64,000 nt of DNA from the human T2T-CHM13v2.0 reference genome, Homo sapiens, in the NCBI RefSeq assembly GCF_009914755.1, contig NC_060926.1; one strand, written 5' to 3'. Below, in pieces: positions 14,259-29,016 of the stretch; the first letter of the stretch is position 1; every line of letters begins with the position of its first letter. The translations under genes and the position numbers were made by a program. A model generated the notes under the pieces. That model made no database searches and was not told where the DNA came from. It saw only the letters and a list, made by a program, of their open reading frames with translations.

Positions 14259-15321
14259 TAATCCATCTGGTCCTCCAGTAGATGTAATAGCTGTTGCAGT
14301 AAAAATAGTCACATCTGTTCACATATATGCGGTACAAATGAAGAAACTGAAATTATTCTGTGATCATAATCTGGAGAGTTCACAAGTTTTGCCATATTTT
14401 AATATGATTTTTTATATTTATGTCTGCTCTTGAATGAATATGTATAAACCATCAAGTGCTAAAATTTATAGCTAATCAGTTAAAAATGTTGCCATTATTT
14501 GTTTATATTTTCAAAGATCCCTGAAAATTTTAAACAAATCTTGAACAAATGAAGAGGCATTGCTTACTCACTTAAGACTATTCAACATCATAAAGATGTC
14601 ATTTTTCCCAAGTTAATACATGAATTTAATGTTTATTAAAGTTTATTTTACTCTGGGATTTGATATTTATTTAAACTGTATATAAAAAAATGAACAATTC
14701 AGAGTAATTAAGTAAACCCTGAAAGAGAAGAGCAACAAGAGAGTAATATTCCTACTGTTATTAACACAGTCTGTGAGACTTCTTTGTGTGAAGCAGTGGT
14801 ACTGGGCATGCATTGATGAACAGGCCAGTCAAATAATAAAATAAAAAGTCAAAATACAGACCAAATGCATTTAGATATTTTGAATATGGTAAAGATGACA
14901 GCTCAACTAATTGGACAGAAGGGGGAATTTTTAATAATGGGGCTGGATAAAAGATAGCATTTGAAAAAGATTATCAAGTTCAATACTTCATACCATACAC
15001 TAGGATAATTCTAAATTGATCAGATATTTAAATGTGAAAATGAAAGTACGCAAGTACTAGAAGAAAAGATGGTGAGTTCTTCTATAATTTAGGAATGGTA
15101 AATACTTAAACTATGACTCAAAATCCAGATCCAATTAAAAATAAGATTGGTAAATCAGACTATTGTACTTAATAATATAAGAAAGAGATATCTTTATGAT
15201 AAAAACAAAAAATAAGTAAAATAAAAAACAAACCACATATTGGGAAGAAATAAACACAATTTACTTCATAAGGGACTAATGTCTCTAACTCATAAAGAGC
15301 TCTGAAAAATGGAGAAATAAA

Positions 15322-15703
<382 letters not shown>

Positions 15704-16161
15704 CTAAAGGCCTTTAAAAACATGGAAAAAACAATCTCACAATGAGAAATTAAAACTACATTCAGATACCATTTCTCATTTATCATATCGACAACACATT
15801 TTGCTAGTAAGGTTGTGGATAAATGGGCAATTTCATACATTGCTGGTGAGAATGCAAAATCCTTTAAACTCTAAGGAAAGAATACCTAACAAATTTAATT
15901 ACACATTTAAAACATGTAACAAAATTACATGTGTTTATCTTTTGATCCAGCAATCGAACTTCAATAAATCCATCCAGAAGATACACTTCCACAAATACAA
16001 AGCAACATATAAAATAGTTATTCATTGCAGCATTATTTGTAATAGTGAAAGATTGAGAAAAAAATACAAATGTCTACCGAGAGAACCAGTTTAAATAAAC
16101 GATATCCACACAGTGGAGTTCTGTGAATCACAAAAAAACGTATGAGAAAGGTCTCTGTGAG

Positions 16162-16909
16162 TTTAAGAGTCGGATGTTACACTTGAGCAGGGCAGGCAAG
16201 AGGGACCCCAGGAATGGTGGGCATTTGTCAAGCTATGGTAAGGTAACTATAAATCTCTGCTTCTAAATAATGAGCAGGATATGGGAGGGACCCTGGCGCT
16301 GCCTGGTCTCATTAAGTTAAGGACAGGCAGGCATAAAACTATCCCTCTGAGATAGTAAGTGGCCATGACTGGTGCTGTGAGAGAAATTTTGCACCAGACA
16401 GAAAACACCTGGCATTATCAAGACGTAATCATGATAAGATTTCGAGCATGCGCAGTAAAGGGCAAGATGGTGGAATTTCACCAGTATATATAACCTTCCT
16501 CTAGGGGCATTCAACCAGTAAGGAAGAACTTTCCCAAGTAAGCATACACACAACTTCAATAAACACGTTGCACATGCAGCCTCTCCCAAGTACTGGCAAA
16601 ACCATTGCGCATGCAATAATTAAGCGATGGCCCACCCAGCAGAAGAGCAAACGGAGGAGACAGAAAGCCAGGGAAAAGATAGAAGCTATAAAAACTCTAA
16701 ATCAAGCAGCGAACAGGGCCCTTGATTTTTCAAGTCATTCACTTGGCCCTCTTCCAAGTGTACACTACTTTATCTTATAAACTCTTGCTTTGCTTAAAAT
16801 AAATTATCCCTTGTGCTTTGAACCTTGCCTGTATTTCTTGTTTAAATTATTTCCTTCAAGAAGAGAAAGAAGTTTCTCTGGATAGCTGCAGACTCACCTG
16901 CTGGAAACA
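16162..16909 (+). mobile_element. MER50-family solo LTR (ERV1)
   Basis: gagcagggcagg; gcatgcgcagtaaagggcaagatggtggaattt; cttggccctcttccaagtgtac; ends in aaca; 4-bp TSD tgag at 16158-16161 and 16910-16913. Confidence 0.88.
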
Positions 16910-18129
16910 TGAGTAGACAGAAAAGAATTTTTTTTTTTTCTGAGATACGTTGTTAAGTGAAAAACAAATTAGAGAAGAGTATGTAAAGTATGTTATATTT
17001 TGTATAAGAAATATTGAAAAATAAGAATTTATATATTACATATATGCTTAGGTTGCAAATGAAATACCAGAAAGATAAATCAAAATCTTTTGAAAATGGG
17101 TAACTAACAGGAGTGGAGGAAGATGACATGGAAAGGAGAGGGCTGGGCTTTTCTAATGCTCCCTTTTTATGTATTTCTCAATTTTGAACAAGGTAAATAT
17201 TTAACGTATTTAACAAATAACGTTAAGTTTTATGGGGAAAAAACAAGCCCTATAACTGCACAAAACAGAAGTTAAGGAAACATAATTTTGTCTCAAATGA
17301 ATAACCACAATCAGACAGAGAAAAGAATAATTTCAAGTAACTTTTGAACACACTACTCTGTGCATCTTTGTGAATATATAGTTTAAGGACAAAAAGAACT
17401 GTAAGAAATCTTGTTTCACTAGTAGCTTTATTGTTAGTAGTAATTTTGAAACTAATTTAAGTATATCATAGGATAAAAAAGTAAGTATATTAATGTTTTA
17501 GGGGACAATACATTCTGGGTAAGAGAAAAAGAAAAAACTCTAAAATAAAACTATAACTTGGATTCTGATTCTGAATCTGAAAAATGTTTTATTTTTCAAA
17601 ACTGTACTATTTTCAATAAAACCATAAATGTGTAAAGAAAAAAATCATTGAACCATTTGACAAAAGTGGACGGTCCAGATGTCATATTGTAAAGCATTAT
17701 AAAGTGGGGGGATGGGGTGAGTAGTGGTACTCATTTTCTAAACCTGAGGGAATTAGAAGGAACAGCGGGATCAGGCAAGGGACACTGAGAAAGGACATGA
17801 AGAAAATTTGGAACAGACAGAGACGGAAGGAAAAGAATGATCATATGAGGTATAAATGACATTTGAAACACAGTCATGAGAATCCAAAATCTAGGTGAAA
17901 GATTAATTTTAGGAAGATGTTTCTTACTCAGAATAGAAAGGAAGGTGACAGGTGTTACTGAGGTGAAGCTATAGAGTGAGGAACTTATTTGCAGCTGTTC
18001 ATGTTAGCTGACCACAATAAGTCCCATAATATATGAGCTAGATGTCTAATGGGGGCCAAAGAAAGTGAACCTCCCAGCAGCTTGCTGTGTGCAGTTTAAG
18101 GGTTCTGCTAGAAGGTGCAATGGGGCCAC

Positions 18130-18660
18130 AGAAAATGGGCACTGGCCTCAAGGTGGGGGTCCAGGCTCCACATGAGGAGGACAGAAATTAGTTTGGCAGA
18201 GAAGAACGGGGAGGAGACAGGACATGCACAGGTGGAGAGGGCTAGAAATGCATGGCCTGCCAGGAAACTGGCCAGAGGTAGGCTGGCTAGAGGGAGTGAG
18301 AGGTAGGCCAGCTGGGAAAGACCTCAGAGGCCGTGAGGTTTGAACTTCACACTGGAGGCTACTCAAGGCCAAGGATGGGGTTTAAGCAGCTGAGTGAAAT
18401 AATCAGATCTAGATTTTAAAATTATTGGAGGAAAAAGAGACTGGAAGGACAGAGACTGTAAGTAGCACCCCTCCACAAGAGATGACAAAGTGGTGAAGAG
18501 AGAACAGATTCCGGAGGCATATTTATGAGGTCAAATTGACGGTGGGGAAAGGGTGATATGAGGAATAGAAGCCATGCTAAGGGAAACCCGGCATTCCAGG
18601 TACCCTGACCATCCTCTAGACTGGGGAGGGACATCTATGACGAGTAATGAGAACTGAAGC
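18130..18660 (-). mobile_element. L2 fragment
   Basis: ggtttaagcagctgagtgaaataatcagatctagattttaaaa and purine-rich L2-antisense character. Confidence 0.5.
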
Positions 18661-18748
18661 ATGTTTACTCAAGTAATTCTGGAATAAAAGACAGCTGGAG
18701 TGTCTGGGAGGCAAGATTTTGCGTGAATTTTTGAAGCCCCTTTCAATC

Positions 18749-21700
18749 TTTATTTTTTAATGTTTATTTTTAAATTACATATATAGAGGATACAAGAGCA
18801 GTTTTCTTACATGGGTATTATTGTGTAGTGGTGAAGTCCAAGCTTTTAGTGTAACCACTATCTTAATAGTGTACATTGTACGCATTAGGTGATTTATTAT
18901 CCCTCATCCACTCCTGCTGTCACACCATTCTAAATATATAATGTCTATTATTCCACTCGCTATGCCCATGTGGACACACTGTTTAGTTCCCAATTATACA
19001 TGAGAACATGCAATATTTGATTTTCTGTTTCTGCATTAATTCACTCAGGAGAATGCCCTCCAGCTTCATCCACGTTTCTCCAAGTGACATGATTTTGTTC
19101 CTTTTTATCACCGCATAGTATTCCATGGAGTATATATACCACATTTTCTGAATCTAGCCACCATTTATGGATACTAGGTTGATTCTGTGTTTTTGCTATT
19201 GTGAATAGTGCTGTGATAAACATAAGAGTGCAAGTATCTTTTTGAAATATCAGTTTCTTTTCCTTTGAGTAGATATCAAGTAATGGGACTGCTAGATTAA
19301 TGGTAGTTTTATTTTTTGTTCTTTGAGATATCTCCATACTGTTTTCCATAGGGCTTGTAGTAATTTACAATCCCACAAAGAGTGTACAAGTGTTATCTTT
19401 TTTTCTGCATCCTCACCAACATCTGTGTTTTTTGTTTGTTTGTTTTTTAGTAATAGCCATTCTGGCTAGTATAAGATGATCTCTCATTGTGATTCTAATT
19501 TGCAGTTCTTTGATGGTTAGTGATGTTGAGCATTTTTTCATGTTTGTTGGCTATTTGTATGTCTTCTGAAAACCATCTTTTCATGTCTTTTTCTGATTTT
19601 TTAAGGTTATTTGTTGTGTCATTATTTTCCTTATTGAGTTTGCATTCCTGGTAGATTCTGGATATCAGTCCTTTGTCCATACATGCAGAAGTTTGCAAAT
19701 ATTTTCTCCCATTGTGTAGGTTGTCTGTTTGTTGATTATTAGTTTTTCTGGCAGAAGCTTTTTAGTTTAATTAAGTTCCATTTGTCTCTTTTTGTTTTTG
19801 TTGCATTTGCTTTTGAGATCTTAATCATAAATTCTTTGTCTAGGTCCAGGTCCTAAAGAGTTTTTAAAATATTTTGTTCTAGAATTTTCATAGTTTAATG
19901 TCTTATATTTAAGTCTTTAATCCAACTTGAGTTAATTTTCGTATACAATGGAGATAGGGATCCGCTTTCATTATTCTGCATATGGCTATCCAATTTTCCC
20001 AACACCATTTATTGAATAGGGTATCCTTTCAGCGAATGTTTTAGTTACCTTTGCCAAAAATCAGTTGATTGTAGATATATGGCTTTATTTCTGGGTTCCC
20101 TATTATGTTCCATTGATCTATTTTTGTACCAGTAACAGGCTGCTTTGATTACTATAGCCTTGTAGTATAGTTTGAAGTAAGGTAATGTGCTGCCTCTAGC
20201 TTTGTTATTTTTGATTAGAATTGTTTTGGTTATTAGGTGTCTTTTGCAGTTCCATGTGAATTTTAGGATTTTTTTTCTAATTCTGTGAAAAATGACAATG
20301 GAATATTGATAAGAATTGCATGGGATTTTAGATTACATTGAGTAGTATGATCATTTTATATTAATTCTTCCAATCCATAAGCATTGGGTGTTTTTCTATT
20401 TGTTTCTGTCACCTATGACTTCTTTCATCAGTATTTTGTACTTTTCCTTCTAGAGATCTTTTACCTCCTTGATTGAGTGTATTCCTAGATATTTTGTTTT
20501 ATTGTAGCTATTGTAAATATAATTGAGTTATTGATTTGTTTTTAAGCTTGGTCATTATCGGTGTATAAAAAATTTTGTACAACGATTTTGTATCCTGAAG
20601 CCTTACTGAATTTATTTATGAAATGCAGGAATCTTTTGGAGGAGTCTTTAGAATTTCCTAGGTATAAGATCGTTATCAGCAGCAAACCAAAATAATTTTA
20701 CTTCCTCTTTTCCAGTGTGGATAGCTTTTATCTCTTTCTCTTGCTTGATCTCTCTGGCTAGTATTTCCAGTATTACATTGAATCAGAGTGATGAATGTGG
20801 GCATCTTTGTCTTGTTCTGGTTCTTAGAGGAAATGTTTTCAAGTTTTCCTCATTTAATATGAGATTGTCGGTCAGTTTTTTATATATGGCCTTCATTATT
20901 TTAACAGATGTTTATTCTACAACTAGTTTGGTGAAGGTTTTTTTTTTTATCATGAAGGGATGTTGAGTTGTATCCAATGTTTTCTCTGTATTTATTGAGA
21001 TAACATAGGATTTTTATTTTTAATTCTGTTTATGTGATGATTCACATATATTGATTTGTATATGTCTATTAATTGTCTATTTAATAATAGACTATTAATG
21101 TTTTCAACTGTGTTTTTAATTCCTTCAATAAATTTTTCATGTCCAAAAGTGCTTTCGTTTTTCATCTGTCTCTTTGGTAAACTTTTCATTTATGACCTGA
21201 ATTATTTTTCTGGCTTCTTTGTATTAGTTTTCAAATTTCACCTGGCTTTGTATTAGTTTTCCAATTTCTCACTGACTTTCTTTAAAATCAACATTTTGGA
21301 TTCTTTATCTAGTACTTCAAGGATTTAACTTTTGTTAGGATCCATTGCTAGAGAGTGAGTGTGATGCTTTTGGGGATGCTGTAACACTATTTTTTCATAC
21401 TTCCACAACTGTCTCTCTGCTTCCTTTTCTTGTGGATAAGCTGTCTCTCCTTACTATTTTAAAATGTGCTTTGTTTGGATGGATTTTATTTTCCCCTTGA
21501 GGATGGGACTATAATGTATTTTGGGACCTCTCAGACACAGAAAATTGCATGCTCTTTTCTCCTTTGTCCGAAAGGTTGCCCCCTTTGTGTGCTGCACTTT
21601 CTCTTCCCTTAGGAGCTGCACTCCCCAAGGGCTAGACTATTAATTAATAGACCACTGGGAACCCTGCAGCTTCCCTGTGCTCAGCCAAACCTGTGTGACT

Positions 21701-22210
21701 GCTACAATCTGAGTGGGTGCTGGAAAATATTTCTGGGGGCTCTGGTAATGTGGAGACACAAGGGTTGAGGTTCTCTGGGCAGGAACCACTATCTCACTGG
21801 TACACTCCAGCTCAGGTCTGTGGGAAGGGCGAATGAATCTATGCATGCTGGTGGTCTGGTGTGATGTCCTCAAGAAGTCCCCAAATCACTACTCCCAGTG
21901 TTTGGATTTGCGGGGGTAGAAGAACTCTCTCACAGTTTGGACACCAGTAGTCTACTGCAGGGGTAAGCAAAGCCAAGGAGATGACTGCCACCTACCCTTT
22001 GACAAAATGTCAAGTCCCTTTGTTTCTTAGCCCATCTCTACCAGCCTCTTGCTCTTTTGCTTTTTCTGTGTCCCAGCCTCATCCTGTGAGTTCTCTTTTA
22101 GGTTCCAGCACTCTCCTCTTACTATTCTATTTGATTTATTTACCTGAAACTTTGGTTCTTTTTTCCTAAGGAAAACTAGTGTCTGATGTCTCTAGTCAGC
22201 CATCTTAAAA
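18749..22210 (-). mobile_element. L1PB-like element keeping both ends, with a large internal deletion
   Basis: 3'UTR and ORF2 C-terminal half at 18749-21065 joined to ORF1 start/5'UTR at about 21100-22206; 5' YY1-type motif aagatggctgactag on the minus strand at 22192-22206. Confidence 0.8.
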
Positions 22211-22231
22211 ATAAACAAAAAACTTTCCCAA

Positions 22232-22468
22232 TTTTAATATCATATATCATATAATTATATATCACAATATAATTATATTATATATCATATTATAATTATA
22301 TTATATATCACATAATTATAACAGTAATTGTCTTAATATTATTATATATTATATAACATAAATATTAATTGTATTAATATTATATTACATAACATATATA
22401 ATAATATCAATAATATTGTATTAATATTATTATACATTATATTATTATATATAACTATATTATATATA
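22232..22468. repeat. AT-rich low-complexity (TA/ATAAT/ATATC)n tract
   Basis: About 235 bp, nearly all A/T, with many short self-complementary units. Confidence 0.9.
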
Positions 22469-23049
22469 CTGGTGTCTAAACTGTGGGAGAGCTTGTGTGT
22501 TTTGGGGGAAAAAAGGAAAAATCCCTCCGATGAGCTTATTTTTCAGTTTAGGTTCCATAATACTACTTTGAGACAGTAACATTTTGAAAAAATATTTTGG
22601 TTATTTTGAAAAGTACTTAGCTTTAGTAAAATAAAAAAATACTCTATATCTTTTTCCCCATAAGCTTGTTTTTAAGGAAAAATGGAGATTCTTGGACCTG
22701 GAGTCTCAGAAATAGCTGTTGAAGCTGAGAGAGACTGTGGCAAGCTGCTTAGGTGACATAGCTGCTGGGCTGTGGAGAAGAAACAGCTCTGTCATGATAG
22801 CAAACTTTGGCAGGTCCCTTGGCTCCCAGAGGCCCATCCCTGAGCCATCAATCCTCTGAAACAGAAGCCACTTGTCACAGGCTGTTTACAGAGCAGGTCT
22901 GCATGGACAAATTGTACTTCCAGGACCCTCTTTTCCTGTTCCTCTTTTCCTCTTTTTCATTTCCTACATCTGTTTTTCCCTTTTTAATCACTTCCTCTTT
23001 TAATTATTTCTTTTGATTATATTTTATTGTTCCTTTTAAAGGCTTACTG

Positions 23050-23516
23050 CCTCCACATCTTGTCCCACTGGAAGGTCTTTAGGGACAATAACATGCATGC
23101 ATGGAGCTGTCATCTACTATGATAACAATCTTCTGGAATACCTCCTAAAGGACCAGCCTGAGGCTGTTTTACGGTTAACTTTTTCTATATTGGTAGAAGG
23201 AGTACACTCTAAAATAACACTGAAAAGTTTAGTATAATAAATACATAAACCAGTAACATAGTTGTTTATTATTATTATAAAACATTATGTACCATATATA
23301 ATTGTATGTGCTACAATTTTATATATTGGCAGATAAGTAGATTTGTTTATATAAACATTACCACAAACATGTGAGTAGTGCATTGTGCTACAACACTGTG
23401 ATACCTATGATGTCTCTAGGTGATAGAAATGTTTTTACTCCATTATAATCTTATAGAACCATCATCATATACATGGTTCGCCATTGACCAAAACATTATT
23501 ATGGGATGCATAACTA
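23050..23516 (-). mobile_element. Tigger3b (MER7B)-like fragment
   Basis: gtcccactggaaggtc; ggagtacactctaaaataac; ccattataatcttatagaacc; degenerate TIR at about 23490-23516. Confidence 0.85.
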
Positions 23517-23684
23517 TAGAACCATATACTGCATATTACACGCATATACTACATATATATATTTATGTACATAAATATTACACACAGAGAACATCACAGA
23601 CTTTATTGGATTTGTTTTAAACAACTTCTGGGGTATCTACTAAATTTTATAAAAAGGATTAGGAGAGATGATTTCGATATGTTG

Positions 23685-23890
23685 GATAGAATGCTGGGTT
23701 GAGGCTCAGGAGCTCTGGTTTAGAGTGTTGGTTTGTAATTTACTACCTATGTCAATTTGGGTTTAATGTTTAAGTTCTTTGAGCCTTCATTTCTTAAAGT
23801 ACAAATAGGGAATAATAGTACCTGTCTCATAGAGTTATTGTAAGGGTTAAATAAGACAGTGTATATAATAGCATCTGGCAAACCACTGAA
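23685..23890 (+). mobile_element. MIR SINE
   Basis: ctttgagccttcatttctt...aaatagggaataatagtacctgtctcatagagttattgtaagggttaaat (MIR core). Confidence 0.8.
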
Positions 23891-24369
23891 ATACTTTAAA
23901 AACTGAAGAACGCAAATAATTTCACTGATTTCTTATTAACTCAGCATTGTTAATTGAGTTGTTACGGCATATGTTTCTGTTCTTTACATTAAGATATACA
24001 GGTATACTCTATCCTTTGGATATATATTGGAGACAAATCACACGAGCCTTTTAAATGTATAGTAACAGCAATATGTATTTGAATGATCCAAAATATCCTA
24101 AAATGCTTCAGGGCAGAAGTGTTACAATCAAATTATAAGTCTTCTAAAATTTATTATCTATATAGTTAATAGATTACTAATTACTCTCAGAAGTTCAAAT
24201 TATCAGACATTCTGAATCAATGTTGTTTATCATTACTACATATAGAAAAAAAGTGAAATAAATCATCTGTATTGAAACTATCTGTGCTTTATGACACTAG
24301 ATATGTTTTGCCCATAATTACTATGCTGTTTCCTAAGTGTCTATAATTGCTGAGCTGAATAATTGATGA

Positions 24370-24908
24370 TTTCTTGTGGCAGAACAAATTACCAAATTTA
24401 GTGGTTTAAAACAACAATAATCACTTTATTATTCTCTCTCATGGTTACAGACATTGACTGAACTCAGCTCGGTGGTTCTCCCTAATGTCTCTCATGAGGC
24501 TGTAGTAGAATTGGAGCTGGGATAAAATTATCTCAAGGCTCATATACTCACAGGTCTTGAGTTGAGCAAGGAAGTCTCACACAAGTCGCCCTTGGAATAG
24601 CTGGTGCTCGTTGGTCATCGCTTTCTGTTTCTAGGTGTTTCTTCACATGTCTCCATTACAGTGGCTTCAGAGTAGCCACATCTTTACACTAGCTCAGGGC
24701 TCAAAAGGCACCTGTGCAGGAAGTGAGAAACAGGATAAATGTGTCACCTCCAAAGAGTTAGCCTCATGCAGTGTCACTCCTGCCACATTCTGTTCATTAA
24801 AAGGAAGTCATTAAAGCTGGATCACATTGAAGAGAAGGAATATTAACCTCCTAATTGTGCTATAAAGAGTGTCTAAGAATCTTCAGACAAGTTTTAAAAC
24901 CACCAAAG
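24370..24908 (-). mobile_element. MLT1H-like solo LTR (ERVL-MaLR)
   Basis: aaatttagtggtttaaaacaacaa; gtgtcactcctgccacattctgtt; gttttaaaaccacca terminus. Confidence 0.8.
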
Positions 24909-25904
24909 TTATTAAAATCCTAACTGATTTTTGATTTACTGTCCTATGGAAGTCTATTATATTATATCAACAAATCTTCTTTTCCTACCTAAAATTGTGA
25001 ACTAAAGAGAGGTGTTTATGGCTTCTGCTTATTTGAACACCTCAAAATACCAATATGGTGCTTAAAGAATTCTTGCTGATATGACCTTTGCGTCTAAGAA
25101 TGTTTTAATGCCATAGCAAAGTGACCCCAATTATATGAGTAAAACATTTTTAGGACTGTGGGAGATTTAAATTTTATGGAGTTACTTGATAACAGAAAAA
25201 GGATAAGGGGCATTGCATTTTAGCTCTGGGACATTAATATGCTTAATAAAATAAAGATGACTAAGAGGCTAATGATATAAACATTAAGTCCATGGCATGG
25301 GATAATGAGCAGAAGAACACTGCCTACTCTGATTGTATTCGTGATGTTATTTTCCAAAGCAATTTTATTATCAAGATAACTTGCTAACACACCTGTTTCT
25401 TGTAGCAGTTCTATATTTTAGGTTAGCTGATTCTGGAATCAGAAGATGAGAGTAAGACAGTAATAGTAGATAAAGAATTGATATTCTTACTGATGCTAAA
25501 GTGAAACAAAACAAACAAAAAACAGAGCAAAACACCCATGGCAACATGGGCTCAAGAGAAAGCACCACTTCCATTCCATTTTCCTGCCCACACTCCAAAA
25601 TTTTGAGCCCACCTTACCTTGATGACATTTTCAATCTCTGTATTTTTTAAAATTCCTTAGTGGCAATCATTTTTATCAGGTAAAATGCTTGAAAATTGAA
25701 ATCAAATGTGAAAAGCACAAATCAAAACCTGAAGCCCACTAAAAGTTTTAGAACAAGTAAGAGAGCTTCAGGAAAGATAATTCATTTGACATCGCCACCA
25801 TTAACATTATTCTTGAATAAAGCAGGTATTCTGACACTGGACCCAGGCAAGAAAAAACATAATTCCATTACATATCTCGTTCTTACTAAATCAAAATAAA
25901 GATA

Positions 25905-26090
25905 AAAATCCTGACTCAACCATAAACTACTTGTGTGGCCTTAGGGAAGTGTTTTATTTCTTTATAATCTGTAAAACAGTATGCTTATTATAAAGGATTG
26001 TTTTCAGACATTTTTAAATAAGATACTTCATAAAAAGTGTTATCACAACATGAAGATCACATGACACACTCCAGAAATATTAGCTCTTAC
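25905..26090 (+). mobile_element. Degenerate MIR
   Basis: aatcctgactcaacc...tgtgtggccttagggaagt...atctgtaaaa. Confidence 0.55.
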
Positions 26091-27529
26091 TGACATTTCA
26101 TTCTTAGTATAAATGCCGTGCATTAGTTTTGGTTAAAAAAAGTGAATTAAACGTTCACAATATTGTAAAACTTTTATGCATAGTATACTATCTCTCTGTG
26201 ATGACTCATGTACCTGCCACTCATGTAAGTGAGTATGGTAGAGGTGCTCTGAATAAGCTTACCTGATCTCAATTCCCTGCTTTTTTCCCCTTATCCTAGC
26301 TAGACACCAGAGATGAAAGTAGGTTCTTCCAGAAAGGATTTGCATTGGCTTCTTTCAACACTGGAGCCATGATCACTCGTAAATACCTTACACTAATGTT
26401 AGATTTGAGGTTTTCAAGACCATACAATTAGTGCAAACTTCTAAGCACAAATCTATATGTAACTGAGACTCTGTTTAAGAATTGTCACATGACATGAATC
26501 AAGCAAGTCTGTTTGATGACTCCTCTGCAAAGGAAAATTAGTTCTTGTACACCTTTACATTGAGGGTTTAACCTTTTGTGTTAATCTAGTTTTATATGTG
26601 GATTTCCTGTTTAGACATTTCATTTTATTTTGGCTACAGGCTTTATTTTATCCCTGTGACTCAGGCAGCCAACAAAAGAGAAGTCTAAAGACTCCAGTGA
26701 CGGGCAAGACTTATCAGGGTGAAAGCCAGCTTGTTATTTACATAACTTCCAGCTTTCCCATTTTAACTTTCTACTTTAATTCCCTACCTTAACATCATTT
26801 TGGACATTGAAGAATCATTCACTTTATTTCAGATCAGCAAGATGTAAAAAAAGACACCTAATGAAAGATTCTGTTTACTTCCAGGGGAATATCTTTGCTA
26901 GTATCTAGACTGCCATGCTGCTGTAAGCAAACATTGGATTATTAAGTTTTAAACTTAGGTTTTAACGTCTGCAATTACCTTATAGGCAAAGCACAGATGG
27001 CATACTTATGATTGCAAATGAGTACGTACATATTACAGCCTTGACAATGTCAAATGAAAAGTGTAGTTCATGAACTTTCGGTGGTGGAAGAGGAGAAGTG
27101 ACGAAAATGAAACCTTATATAGTAGTAATTTGATATACTATAGAAATTTGATTGGACAAAAGTTGAGATTTAATTATATAATGTAAAATTGTATTTAAAC
27201 TCTGAAATTTATGCTTTAGCATTCAACAAATAGAATATAGAAAAAATTGAAACTGTGGAGAGTATAAGTAAAATTAAATTCTTTTCTCCTATAATGAGGA
27301 GTTAATTAATAACATTTATAATGGATATGTAAATATACAATTGGTAGGTTTTTTTTTTTTTAGTGACATGATTCTAACTGATAGAAGAACACATAATTGT
27401 ATCTGCAAATAAAACCAGGAATAAAATGGGTGGGGCAAGAGGTGGATAATGTTGTTTTCCCTTTAGAAAGTTTTCCTAACAGTTTCTGTAGTATTTGATT
27501 TTTTTTTTTAAAAATGTGCATGTAGTCCT

Positions 27530-28880
<1,351 letters not shown>

Positions 28881-29016
28881 TGTACTGAACAAGTAATAAG
28901 CAGAAGTGCTGGATTTAAGTATTTATTTATTTATTTTTTGCCAGAATGATATGAAAATGGGGGTTATATAAACAAATACAAAATGTATATAAAGGGTGAG
29001 TATAATAATTACCCAT

